A DNA stretch of 63,091 nt from an uncultured Bifidobacterium sp. (lineage in GTDB: Bacteria > Pseudomonadota > Gammaproteobacteria > Burkholderiales > Burkholderiaceae_D), in assembly GCA_964613635.1 (NCBI GenBank), contig CAZTIF010000003.1:1-63091 (forward strand), in the 5' to 3' direction. The notes under the pieces are model-generated. The model was not told where the DNA came from. It ran no database searches and saw nothing but the letters and a program-made list of their open reading frames with translations. Positions 10,447 through 20,088 of the stretch are shown in pieces. How positions within the stretch are numbered: position 1 is the stretch's first letter; every line of letters begins with the position of its first letter. The translations under genes were made by a program, and so were the position numbers.

Positions 10447-13400
10447 TCAGCCGCCGATGCCGACCAGCGTGATATCGAGCGCGTCCTGATGTGCTGCGTC
10501 GAGCGCCAGGTACTGCTTCATCGTCAGCGCGGCCTGCTGTGCGCCGTCCAGCGCGCCGAGCTGCTCGATGCTCAGCGCCTGCAGCTGCACGGCCTTCATC
10601 ATCGCGAGGTCGCCCGGCTCCAGCGCCTGCATCTGCTCCGTGCTGAGCGCCTGCAGCTGCATGCCGGACAGCATGGCAAGCTGCTTGCCGGTCAGCGCGG
10701 CGAGCTGTTCGTCATCAAGTGCGCCGATCTGTGGCGCGCTCAGCGCCGACAGCGGTATCTTGCCCAGCCGGCCGATGTCGATGGCGTCAATGGCCGCCAC
10801 CTGCGCGGTCGACAGCGCGATCACCTGCGCCGAGGACAAGGCCGCCAGTTGCACGCCGTCCAGCGCGCGGATGCCGGCGGCCGACAGCGCGGCCACATCT
10901 TCCGGCGCGAGCATCTTCAGCTGCGCCGGCGACAGCGCCGCCACCTGCGCCTCGCTGAGCGCGCCGAACTGGGAGCTCGTCATTGCCTGCAGTTGCAGCT
11001 TGCCCAGCATGCGAATGTGCGCGCCGTCAAAGGCCGCAAACTGTTCGGAGGTCAGCGCCATCAGCTGCGCCGGCGTGAGCGCGGCCAGCTGCTTTGCGCC
11101 GAGCGCGGCGATCCGCTGCGGCGCCAGCAGCGCGAGGTCGGCCGCCTCGATCGCCGCGATCTGTGCCGGCGTCAGCGCCGCCAGTTGCGCAAGGCTCAGC
11201 GAGCCGATCTGCGCGCCCGACAGCGCGGCGATCTGTGTCGGCAGCAGCGCGGCCAGATTTGCCGGCAGGATCGCATCGAGCTGTTCGGCGTCGAGCTGAG
11301 CCAGCTGTGCGCCGCTCAGCGTACGCAGCTGCCTGCCGGACAAGGCGGCGAACTGCGCATCGCTGAACTCATCGAGCGTGGACGGGCTGATCTCCGCCAG
11401 TTGCGCCGCCGTCAGGCTGGCCACTTGCGCCGGCGTGATCGCATCCAGTTGCTGCGTCATGATCGCGATCACCTGCGCGGCCGACAGGCCGCTGACCTGC
11501 GCGGTATTGATCGCTGCCACCTGCTCCGCATTGAACCAGTCAAGCTGGTCATTCGTGAACGCCGCCAGCTGCGGCGTGCGCAGCGCGGCGATCTGCGCCG
11601 TGGTCAGCGCCGCGATCTGGTCGCCGCGCAGCGAGATTATCTGCTCGGTCGTCAGCGAGGGAATGTCGATCGCCTCGATCGCGACCACCTGCTCGGTCGA
11701 CAACGCGCCGATCGACACCGGCGACAGCGCGCCCAGCTGCGAGCCGGTCAGCGCCGTGATCCGTTCCGGCGACCACATCGCCACGCCGCTGGCGTCGAGC
11801 GCCTTCAGTTGCGCCGTCGTCAGGCTCAGCACCTGCGCGCCCGTCATCGCGCCGACCTGCGACGCCGACAGCGAGCGCAGCTGCGCGGCGGCCAGCACGC
11901 GCAAATCGTCGGTCGCGATCGCCGCGACCTGATCCGGGTCGAGCGCGCGCAGCTGCGCGCTGCCCAGCGCCGGCATCTGCCGCAAGGTCAGCGCGTCGAT
12001 CTGTGCGGCGCTCAGCGCGGCGATGTCGTCCGGCGCCAGCGCCGCCAACTGTGCCGAGCTCAGCGCCGCGATGGCCGCGCCCGTCAGCGCACCGACCTGC
12101 GACGGCGACAGGGCATCGATCTGCGCCGTCGTCAGTCCCTTCAGGTCGGCCGGATCGAAGGCGGCAACCTGCGCGTCCGACAGCGCCGCCAGCTGCGTCG
12201 GCGTCAGCGCGGCAAGTTGCAGCGAGGTGAGCGCGGCGATCTGGTCAGGGTCGAGGCCAGCCACCTGATCGGTCGTCAGTTGCGCGATCGTGGTCGGAGC
12301 AAGCTGTGCGACCTGATCCGGCCGCAGCGCACCGATCTGCGACGGGTTCATCTGGCTCAGTTCGTCGTTGCTGACCGCCGTCAGCGCCTTCAGCTGGTCC
12401 ATCCGCAAGCCCGCGACGCTGGCGGTGGCAATCGCCTGCACCTGCGTGTCGGTGAAGGCCGCCAGCTGTTCGGTCGACATCGCCGCCAGTTGCGCGCTGC
12501 CGAGCGCCGCCACTTGCGCGGTGCCGAGCGTGGCCACTTGCGCGGTGGTGAAGGCCGCTACCTGCTGGCTGCCCATCGCCGCGATGTCGGCCGTCTCGAT
12601 CGCGCGCACCTGGTCGGCGCCCAGCGCGCGCACCTGGCTCGACGACAGCGCCGCGACCTGCGCGGTGCCCAGCGCGGCCACCTGCGCCGGCGTCAGCGCG
12701 ACCATTTGAGCGAGGCTCAGCGCGGCCAGCTGCGCGCTGCCAAGGCCGCCAATGTCGGCCGTGTCGATGGCCGCGACTTGTGCAGTGCCCAGTGCCGCGA
12801 CCTGCGCGCTTTCCAGCACGGCCAGCTGCGCCGAGGTGAGCGCGGCGATCTGCCTTGCGCTCAGCCGCTGCAGGTCGGCGGTGTCCAGCGAGGGCAATTG
12901 GATGGTGGTCAGCGCCGCGATCTGCGCGGTCGTCAGGCTGCCCATCTGCGCGGTCTTGAGCGCCGCGATCTGCGCAGTCGACATGGCCGCGAGATCCGCC
13001 GTTTCGATCGCCGCGACCTGCGCGCTGCCCAGCGCAGCGACCTGCGCAGTCGTGAAGGCGGACACTTGCACCGAGCTGAGCGCGGTGATTTGTTGCGAGC
13101 CGAGCGCGGCCAGCTGGGCGGCGTCCATCGCCGCCAGCTGCCGGGGCGTGATTCCGGGCAGGTCGCCGGTCTCGATGGCGGCGATCTGCGCGGGCGTCAG
13201 CGCGACGAACTGCTCCGTATCGAGGGCCGCGATCTGCGCCGAGGTCAGCGCGGCGATTTGCCGATCGCCCAGCGCCTGCAGGTCGGCGGTTTCCAGTGCC
13301 GGCATTTGCAGCGTGGTCAGCGCCGCGACCTGTGCGGTGCCGAGGCTGCGGATCTGGCTGGTGGTCAGGCTGCGGATCTGCCCGGTGGCCAGCCCCGCAA

Positions 13401-13770
13401 TGTCTGCCGATTCGATCGCATTGACCTGTTCGCCCGTCAGCAGCGGAATCTGCGCCGTGGTCAGCGCGCGCAGCTGCTCCGAAGACAGCGCCGCAATCTG
13501 CCGGGTCGTGAAGGCAGCCAGCTGCGTGCCGTTCATCGCCATCAGCTGGCTGCTGCTCAGGCCGGCAATGTCCGCTGTCTCGATCGACGAGATCTGCGTC
13601 GTGCCGAGCGCGGCGATCTGGCGCGTCGACAATGCGGCGATCTGTAGCGACGTGAAGGCGGCCACCTCGGTGGCCTCGAGCGCCGCCAGGTCGCGCGGGG
13701 CGATGGCCGCGATCTGCGCCGTACTCAGCGCGGCAATCTGCGCCGACGACAGTCCACTCAACACGCTCAT
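10447..13770 (-). CDS. 1107-aa octapeptide-repeat protein (L-S/T-x-x-Q-I/L/V-A-A), candidate T1SS cargo
   Basis: ATG 13770 with purine-rich RBS. Near-continuous 8-aa periodicity (LSSAQIAA LSTAQIAA IAPRDLAA...). No signal peptide. Ends LDITLVGIGG. Confidence 0.85.
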   Translation of the reverse strand: MSVLSGLSSAQIAALSTAQIAAIAPRDLAALEATEVAAFTSLQIAALSTRQIAALGTTQISSIETADIAGLSSSQLMAMNGTQLAAFTTRQIAALSSEQLRALTTAQIPLLTGEQVNAIESADIAGLATGQIRSLTTSQIRSLGTAQVAALTTLQMPALETADLQALGDRQIAALTSAQIAALDTEQFVALTPAQIAAIETGDLPGITPRQLAAMDAAQLAALGSQQITALSSVQVSAFTTAQVAALGSAQVAAIETADLAAMSTAQIAALKTAQMGSLTTAQIAALTTIQLPSLDTADLQRLSARQIAALTSAQLAVLESAQVAALGTAQVAAIDTADIGGLGSAQLAALSLAQMVALTPAQVAALGTAQVAALSSSQVRALGADQVRAIETADIAAMGSQQVAAFTTAQVATLGTAQVAALGSAQLAAMSTEQLAAFTDTQVQAIATASVAGLRMDQLKALTAVSNDELSQMNPSQIGALRPDQVAQLAPTTIAQLTTDQVAGLDPDQIAALTSLQLAALTPTQLAALSDAQVAAFDPADLKGLTTAQIDALSPSQVGALTGAAIAALSSAQLAALAPDDIAALSAAQIDALTLRQMPALGSAQLRALDPDQVAAIATDDLRVLAAAQLRSLSASQVGAMTGAQVLSLTTAQLKALDASGVAMWSPERITALTGSQLGALSPVSIGALSTEQVVAIEAIDIPSLTTEQIISLRGDQIAALTTAQIAALRTPQLAAFTNDQLDWFNAEQVAAINTAQVSGLSAAQVIAIMTQQLDAITPAQVASLTAAQLAEISPSTLDEFSDAQFAALSGRQLRTLSGAQLAQLDAEQLDAILPANLAALLPTQIAALSGAQIGSLSLAQLAALTPAQIAAIEAADLALLAPQRIAALGAKQLAALTPAQLMALTSEQFAAFDGAHIRMLGKLQLQAMTSSQFGALSEAQVAALSPAQLKMLAPEDVAALSAAGIRALDGVQLAALSSAQVIALSTAQVAAIDAIDIGRLGKIPLSALSAPQIGALDDEQLAALTGKQLAMLSGMQLQALSTEQMQALEPGDLAMMKAVQLQALSIEQLGALDGAQQAALTMKQYLALDAAHQDALDITLVGIGG

Positions 13771-13915
13771 CTGTATCCCCGCCTTCGTTCGGAAAATGAA
13801 AACCTTGCCGGCTGCCCCGGCAGGCGAGGCGCGCTTGACAGGACAATCCACCGTCTGAATCGGCGCGATCGCGCCTTTCTTTAGGCCGGAGCGGACAGCG
13901 ACTGGCGGTGAATAT

Positions 13916-13931
13916 TGTGACGAGGCTCACA
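13916..13931. promoter_or_regulatory. Crp-type binding site
   Basis: TGTGA-cgaggc-TCACA, a perfect core with AT-rich flanks, between the divergent repeat-protein and crp genes. Confidence 0.8.
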
Positions 13932-14110
13932 ATTTCCCGGCCGGTGGGAAACTACGCTTTGCGCGATCACGCCAGCGGATTAAGCTTTTTGAAACAATTC
14001 GTTTTGTTATAAGGTTATTGCTGGTAGGATACGGCCTTGCCCGAGCCAGTAGAGGAGATATCCTGCGGCCGGCACGCAGGCGCACCCATGCGTGAGCCCC
14101 GGAGACGAAT

Positions 14111-14851
14111 TTGCAGAGCGCCACCTTACCGACACCACCGAAGCCCCAGACCGTCCCCGCCGCGAGGCTGAGGGTCGCGCCTGCGCTGCTCGGCAGGATT
14201 CCGCTGCTGGCCGGGCTGCCCGAGCAGATCCTTGCCGAACTGTCGGCAGAAATCCGGCTGGTCACCTACGCCAAGCGGCAGTTCGTGATGCACAAGGGCG
14301 CGCGCGACACCGACCTGCTGTTCCTGCTCGAGGGGCGTCTGCTGGTGGTCGATATCTCACCCGAAGGCCGGCAGACCGGCCTGAACTTCATCTCTCCCGG
14401 TGACTTCTTCGGCGAACTCGCTTCGATCGACGGCCTGCCGCGCTCCGCGACCGTGGTCGCCGCCGCGCCGTCGCTGGTCGGCGTGCTGCCCAAGAACGCC
14501 GCGCGCAAGCTGATCTTTGGCATTCCGACCGTCGCCGAGCGCATGCTCAAGCACGTGTCGCTGAAGCTGCGCGCCTCCACCGAATACCGCGTGCTGCTGG
14601 GCATACCGAACGCGTTCTGCCGCGTCTACAGCCTGCTGCGCTTGCTGGCGCGACCGGACCCGGGCAAGCTGATCACGATCGAGAACATGCCGACCCACGA
14701 ACAGATCGGCCTGATGACCAACACCAGCCGCGAGACCGTCACCCGCGCATTGCAGGTGCTGTACGAGCAGGGCATCATGGAAAAGGACGGCCGGCGCGCC
14801 ATCGTGCGCGATTCCGCCCGCCTGCTCGAGCTGATACGAGAGCACCAGTAA
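14111..14851 (+). CDS. Crp/Fnr family transcriptional regulator (cNMP-binding)
   Basis: Phosphate-binding cassette FFGELASIDGLPRSATV. HTH PTHEQIGLMTNTSRETVTRAL. Confidence 0.93.
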   Translation: MQSATLPTPPKPQTVPAARLRVAPALLGRIPLLAGLPEQILAELSAEIRLVTYAKRQFVMHKGARDTDLLFLLEGRLLVVDISPEGRQTGLNFISPGDFFGELASIDGLPRSATVVAAAPSLVGVLPKNAARKLIFGIPTVAERMLKHVSLKLRASTEYRVLLGIPNAFCRVYSLLRLLARPDPGKLITIENMPTHEQIGLMTNTSRETVTRALQVLYEQGIMEKDGRRAIVRDSARLLELIREHQ

Positions 14852-14921
14852 GAGCTGCGCCAGCTGCGGGGCGCAACCCGCGCGCATCCGCCGGCATGCC
14901 GACAACCAGAACCCCCAACGA

Positions 14922-16934
14922 GTGCATGCGGTGATCCGAGAACCTGCATCCCTGCGCAGCCGCCTGGCGATCGCCTTGTTCGCCGCCCTCCTCACCCTGC
15001 TCTACGTCGCCGTGCCCGGCAAGCTGGGCGACGGCGCCGAGCGCGCCGCCTATGACACATTGGTCAGTGCGTCGCCGCCGGTGGCGCAGGAAGAACGGGT
15101 GGTGATCATCGACATCGACGAGCGCAGCCTTGCGCAGTACGGCGCCTGGCCGTGGCCGCGCAAGACCGTTGCGCGACTGGTCGACGAACTGGTCCGGCGG
15201 CACCAGGTCGGGCTGCTGGGGCTCGACATCGTTTTTCCCTTGCGCCGTGACGGCGATCCGCAGCTGCGAGCGGCGCTGGACCGGCCCGCCGTGGTCATGA
15301 GCCAGACCCTCGATTTTTCGGCGGTCTCGGAGAACCGCGTCGGCGAGCTCGCCGGGGCTGTCGCCGTTGAAGGCCGCCGGCTGGCGCCGCAGGCGGGCGG
15401 CTACGTCGCCAACGATATCGGCGTGCTGCCGGCGGGCGCGGCGGTCGGCCATATCAGTCCCGTGATCGACGACGACGGGCGCATCCGTCGCATCTATCCG
15501 GTTGCCTGCGTGGCAGGCGACTGCACGATGGCGCTGGCGCTGCGGATGTATGCGCAGCTGACCGCTGCCGGCCGGGCTGCGCCGGGCGTGGCTTTTGCCG
15601 CCGACGGCAGCCGGCTGCAGGTCGGGCTGCGCGACGATGCGCCGCTCGAGCTGCCCCTCGACCCGCAGCGCGCGCTGCTGGTGCCCTACCGGGTAGCGCC
15701 GGGCGGCTTTCCGGTACTGTCCGCCGCCGACGTGATGGACAAGTCGCGCGCGCTGCCCTGGCTGGAGAACAGCATCGTGCTGGTCGGCAGCTCGGCGCTC
15801 GGCGTCGGCGACCGCGTCGCCACGCCACTGGCCAAACTGGCGCCCGGCGTCGAGGTCCATGCGCAATTGCTGGTCGCGCTGCTCGACCGCAGCTTCATCC
15901 ATCCGCTGCCCGGCACGTCGCCGGTTTTCCTGATGCTGGCCGCCGTCATCCTGCTGTCCTACATTGCCTGGCCGGGACGCGGGCGCTCGCTGATGCTGGG
16001 CTGGCCCTTGCTGGCGCTGGCCGGCGCGACCCTGCCGCTGGCCTGGCTGCTGCTCGATCGCGGCCTGCTGCTGCCGCTGACGCCGCTGTCGCTGATGGTG
16101 CTGGTCGTTACTGCGCTGACCATGCTGCAGCAGAACATGGCGCTGTCGGCGCGGGTACGCCGCCTCGGTACGCAGTTCAGCCAGTTCCTGCCGGCCAGCC
16201 TGGTCGGGCGGCTGCTGCGCGATGCCCGCATCGGCCCCGAGACCGAACGGCACATGATGACCGTGCTGATCGTCGATGTGCGCGGCTTCACGGCCGCTTC
16301 CGAAGACAAGACGCCGGAACAGATCGCCGGCTTCGCGCAGAAGTGCTTCGAGGTGCTGTCGGCCGAGGTCGCGCGCTACCACGGGACGATAGAAAAATAC
16401 ACCGGCGACGGCCTGATGGCGCTATGGGGTGTGCCTGCTGCCGAGGATGCGCCGTCAGGCCAGCCGGCCGCGCCGCTGCATGTCCGTCCGGCGGCGCGCG
16501 GGCTGCGCGCCGGTGCCGAGCTTGGCCATGCGCGTTACGCTGCCCAGGCCGTCAGCGCGGCTGTGGCGATGCAGCATGCGGTCGATCGGCTGTCCGGCTG
16601 GTTCGCCGAACACGGCTACGGGCAGCTGAAGCTGAGCATCGGCCTCAATACCGGCCCGATGTCCGTCGGCGTCTTCGGCGGGCAGGCTCATCTGGCGTGG
16701 TCGGCGCAGGGCCAGGCATTCAATGTCGCCAGCCGCATCGAGGGCCTGACCCGCGACACCGGCGAAAACCTGCTGATGGGCGAGGCGACGGCCCGACTGC
16801 TGTCGTCGGACGCCGTCCGCAAGGTCGGCGACTTCGCCGTCAAGGGCGTGTCCGCGCCGGTGGCGGTGTATGCGCTGCAGGATAACGATGCCCATTTCAT
16901 ATCGATTCCGAGGCGGCACGATTCCTGTTCTTAA
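14922..16934 (+). CDS. CHASE2-domain class III adenylate/guanylate cyclase
   Basis: CHASE2 motifs IIDIDERSL..YG.WPWPR, DDDGRIRR, PGVEVHAQ. TM helices follow. Cyclase motifs DVRGFT, EKYTGDGLMA, IGLNTG, NVASRIE. Confidence 0.93.
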   Translation: MHAVIREPASLRSRLAIALFAALLTLLYVAVPGKLGDGAERAAYDTLVSASPPVAQEERVVIIDIDERSLAQYGAWPWPRKTVARLVDELVRRHQVGLLGLDIVFPLRRDGDPQLRAALDRPAVVMSQTLDFSAVSENRVGELAGAVAVEGRRLAPQAGGYVANDIGVLPAGAAVGHISPVIDDDGRIRRIYPVACVAGDCTMALALRMYAQLTAAGRAAPGVAFAADGSRLQVGLRDDAPLELPLDPQRALLVPYRVAPGGFPVLSAADVMDKSRALPWLENSIVLVGSSALGVGDRVATPLAKLAPGVEVHAQLLVALLDRSFIHPLPGTSPVFLMLAAVILLSYIAWPGRGRSLMLGWPLLALAGATLPLAWLLLDRGLLLPLTPLSLMVLVVTALTMLQQNMALSARVRRLGTQFSQFLPASLVGRLLRDARIGPETERHMMTVLIVDVRGFTAASEDKTPEQIAGFAQKCFEVLSAEVARYHGTIEKYTGDGLMALWGVPAAEDAPSGQPAAPLHVRPAARGLRAGAELGHARYAAQAVSAAVAMQHAVDRLSGWFAEHGYGQLKLSIGLNTGPMSVGVFGGQAHLAWSAQGQAFNVASRIEGLTRDTGENLLMGEATARLLSSDAVRKVGDFAVKGVSAPVAVYALQDNDAHFISIPRRHDSCS

Positions 16935-16994
16935 TGAGAAACATTCCAGAATAGTTTCTTCGGGAGAAGAACTTGACTCTGTTGGTCGGGAAAA

Positions 16995-17010
16995 TGTTAT
17001 CTGGATCACA
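16995..17010. promoter_or_regulatory. Crp-type binding site upstream of FecR-domain gene
   Basis: aaaTGTTA-tctgga-TCACAgtt, 19/22 match to AAATGTGATCTAGATCACATTT. Confidence 0.7.
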
Positions 17011-17197
17011 GTTATGGAATATAGTCCGGGAGTAGCCTGTTCGAATAAAGGTCAAAAGTTCATTACATTTGGCCAACCGAAACGTTTCGCCTGAGTGCCG
17101 CCGTCCCGCATTGGCTGTGGGACGTTTGGCTGGCAATTGGGTGGAATCGGAACCGACGCGAACCCGCGTCAGGGAACAGGGTGTTTCTCAGGACAAG

Positions 17198-18370
17198 ATG
17201 AAGATGTCAGTCGTTTCCCGAATCTGTTTTGCTGCGGTACTGCTGCTGACGCCGTGGCTGGCGACAGCGGCCGAGCCCGTGGGCAAGGTGCTGTTTGCCA
17301 TCGGCGACGCTCGCCTGGCGGACGGCGGCGCGCGGGTGAAGAAAGACGACATGATCTCGGCCGGGCAGGCCGTCGTGACCGGCGCGAACGGTCATGTGCA
17401 CATCCGTTTCGTCGATGATGCCTTCGTCAGCGTGCGGCCGAACTCGAAGCTGCAGGTCGAGCAGTATGTGTACGACGAGCGCGAGCCGAAGAACAATCGG
17501 GTGCGGTTCAGCCTGTCGCAGGGGGTGGCGCGGCTCATTACGGGCAAGGCGGGGCAGGCGGCGAAAGATCATTTCCGCCTCAATACCCCGGTCGCTGCGA
17601 TCGGCATCCGCGGCACCGATTTCGTCGTGCAGGCTCGCGAGGCCATCACGCGGGTCATGGTCCAGCAGGGCGCGATCGTGGCCGCGCCGTTCTCTGACCA
17701 CTGCGCGCGGGATGCATTCGGGCCATGCGGCGGCGGGCTGTCCGCCCAGCTGGCGGGTTCGCTCAATGGCAGCTATCTCGAAGTCACGCCGGACAGCAAG
17801 CCGGTGCTGCAGACCCTCGCTCCGGGCCAGTCCAAGGGAATCTTCGGTTTTCCCCGTCCGGAAGAGCCGATGGTGAATACCCCGGCACTACGTGCGCCGA
17901 GTGCCGAAGTGTTCAGCAAGACCTTGTACTGGGGGCGCTGGTCCGATCAGGCTGCGGTGCCGGCGGGTTATGAGCTGCTGGGCAGGAACGATGCGCTCTA
18001 TGTGTACCGCTCGGAGGGGGTGCCGAATATGCCGCAGAGCGGCGAGTTCAGTTTCGTTCCGATCGAAGCCGTCGGCTTTGCGCGCGCGCGCGACGGCGAG
18101 CTGAAGCCGGCCGCCATCGCCGCGCCGTCTCTGACGCTCAACTTCAACAACCAGACCTACAGCACGGCCTTCACGTGGACGTCGGACGACCGCAGCCTGA
18201 AAATGCGCAGCGAGGGCGGCATCAGCGAAACCGGGCAGTTCATTCCTCGCAGCGGCACCAACATGGCGGTTTCCGGCGGCCTCAACAATACTGGCGACGA
18301 GGCGGCTTATGTGTTCATGCGCCGCCTGTCCGGGGACGATGCGTATGGCATGATTCGTTTTCAAAAATAG
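17198..18370 (+). CDS. Exported FecR-domain protein with beta-rich C-terminal domain
   Basis: Signal peptide (...PWLATAA), FecR-type TGANGHVHIRFVD...RPNSKL and TPVAAIGIRGTDF. C-terminal beta-strand domain after YWGRW. Confidence 0.85.
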   Translation: MKMSVVSRICFAAVLLLTPWLATAAEPVGKVLFAIGDARLADGGARVKKDDMISAGQAVVTGANGHVHIRFVDDAFVSVRPNSKLQVEQYVYDEREPKNNRVRFSLSQGVARLITGKAGQAAKDHFRLNTPVAAIGIRGTDFVVQAREAITRVMVQQGAIVAAPFSDHCARDAFGPCGGGLSAQLAGSLNGSYLEVTPDSKPVLQTLAPGQSKGIFGFPRPEEPMVNTPALRAPSAEVFSKTLYWGRWSDQAAVPAGYELLGRNDALYVYRSEGVPNMPQSGEFSFVPIEAVGFARARDGELKPAAIAAPSLTLNFNNQTYSTAFTWTSDDRSLKMRSEGGISETGQFIPRSGTNMAVSGGLNNTGDEAAYVFMRRLSGDDAYGMIRFQK

Positions 18371-18453
18371 ATCCATCGCCAGAGCAGACCCTGATCAGGA
18401 AAGACCGCAGATCCCCGCTTGCAACGCCGTTCCCGCTGGCCCGTCTCGTGGCC

Positions 18454-19845
18454 ATGGCGGTGTGCTGTATCGTCCCGCTGGCGATGGCTGTTGCGCAGCC
18501 AGCGCCCCCCGGCTCGCAACCGCCCGGCGCCGCGCAATCCCCCACTTACCAGGATGTGATGCGTGAAGCTGCAGCCCTGCAAAGGGCTCGGCGCGCGCGC
18601 GATGCGCTGTCCCTGCTGTCCTCGTACGAAAACGAATTTGCCGGCGACCCGTATTTCGATTACCAGCTGGGGGTGGCGGCGCTCGAGGCCGGGCAGGCCG
18701 CGACCGCGCAGCAGGCGCTTGAGCGCGCCGTGCTGGTTCGGCCGGACTTTGCCGGCGCATGGATAGACCTCGCGCTGGCGCATGCCCGACTTGGCGAGGC
18801 CGAGACGGCGCTCCAGATCATGGCGCATATCGAAAGCAGCTTCGACGTCCCCTTGCCGCTGCGCGAGCAACTGAAGAACCTGCGGGCCGAGCTTGTGGGG
18901 CCGCGCATACGGGCGGAGTGGATACCGAATGCGCTGCTCGGCGCGCGCAGCGGTTACCTGCAGCTGTCGGCCGGTCGGGACTCGAACGCGAACCTTGGCC
19001 TTGCCGCCACCGTCTTTTCATTGACGCCTGTCGGCGCTCCGCCTTTGCAGGTCGAGATTCCGCCTTCGGCGCGCGCTGCGTCCGACGCCTACCTGCAACT
19101 GCGCGGCGACCTGCAGCAGACCCTGCAATTCGGCGAGCGGCAAAAAGGACGCCTGTATCTCTCCGGGCAGTACAAGGAATTCGGGAGCCTGAAGGAATAC
19201 AACCTCGCCGATGCGGCCATCAACTACACGCACGAATACACATTGCCGGGCGCGTCCGACTGGGCCCTCGAGGCAGTCGCCGGCGCGCGGGTGATTGTCA
19301 CCGGCGGCAACCGCCTCGCCACGATATCCACGGCGGGCGGCGGCATCGTCTCTTATGTCGGTGCCTGCCGATGGGGTGTGCGACTCGCCGGAGAGACGCG
19401 CGACTATGGCCTGGGCGGCTACGTCGATGCCGACGTTCCCACCGTCAGCCTGTCGGCAACCTGTCGCCAGCCGCTGAGCCAGCTCGGTGTCGTTGCCAGT
19501 TTTGCAAAAGACGATCCGCAGTCCGAGCGTGCGGGAGGGCGCACTGACCGCGTCGAGATCGGGCTGCATTATGCGCGGCAGCTCAGTCCGCGGTTCATGA
19601 TGATTGCCTCGGGGGCGCTCGGGCATTATCGGGACGAACGTGGCTACAGCCCCCTTTTGGAAAATGGCGCGGTCAGGCGCGTGACCCGCACCAGCTTGCG
19701 GGTGTCCTGGCTGTGGGAGTTCAATCCGGCGCGACCCGAGTGGGCGCTTCAGGCGGAGCTGGAGCGGCTGGATGACCGCTCAAATCTCGATATTTTCAAT
19801 GTCAGGAATAACCGGGCCGCGGTTGGACTTCGGTATCAATATTAA
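18454..19845 (+). CDS. TPR plus outer-membrane beta-barrel protein (DUF560/Slam-like)
   Basis: Signal-like N-terminus, TPR helices (AGDPYFDYQLGVAALEAG, ALERAVLVRPDFAGAWIDLA), G.DSNAN barrel start, terminal GLRYQY. Start uncertain. Confidence 0.75.
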   Translation: MAVCCIVPLAMAVAQPAPPGSQPPGAAQSPTYQDVMREAAALQRARRARDALSLLSSYENEFAGDPYFDYQLGVAALEAGQAATAQQALERAVLVRPDFAGAWIDLALAHARLGEAETALQIMAHIESSFDVPLPLREQLKNLRAELVGPRIRAEWIPNALLGARSGYLQLSAGRDSNANLGLAATVFSLTPVGAPPLQVEIPPSARAASDAYLQLRGDLQQTLQFGERQKGRLYLSGQYKEFGSLKEYNLADAAINYTHEYTLPGASDWALEAVAGARVIVTGGNRLATISTAGGGIVSYVGACRWGVRLAGETRDYGLGGYVDADVPTVSLSATCRQPLSQLGVVASFAKDDPQSERAGGRTDRVEIGLHYARQLSPRFMMIASGALGHYRDERGYSPLLENGAVRRVTRTSLRVSWLWEFNPARPEWALQAELERLDDRSNLDIFNVRNNRAAVGLRYQY

Positions 19846-19939
19846 ATCCCTGAAACAGCATGCTTGCGATGGGCGCCGCGCGGGCTGACGGGGGATTTAT
19901 CTGTTTTCCGCGCAGCGGTACGCGAACAATTCCGCATTT

Positions 19940-19955
19940 TGTGACTATGCCCACA
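19940..19955. promoter_or_regulatory. Crp-type binding site upstream of S-layer-like gene
   Basis: tttTGTGA-ctatgc-CCACAaaa, one mismatch in the core, symmetric T/A flanks. Confidence 0.7.
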
Positions 19956-20088
19956 AAAGGCTCGGGTGCCAGACCCTACGATAAGAAGCCAAAAAAAGAT
20001 TGGACTGGTACAAGGCCATTCGGACAAGCAGTTGGCAAACAGGCAATCCCCGAGAAGTACATGCAAATTAACCGACAGGAGTAATTCA

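Noticed and set aside
10447..13770. Ice-nucleation protein or CRISPR array interpretation of the 24-bp periodicity
   Set aside because: No AGYGSTxT motif, and the repeats are degenerate coding units without unique spacers.
10351..13930. Long alternative-frame ORFs over the repeat gene (10351-13647 +, 12245-13930 -)
   Set aside because: Arg-rich shadows caused by GC-rich repetitive codons of the real minus-strand gene.
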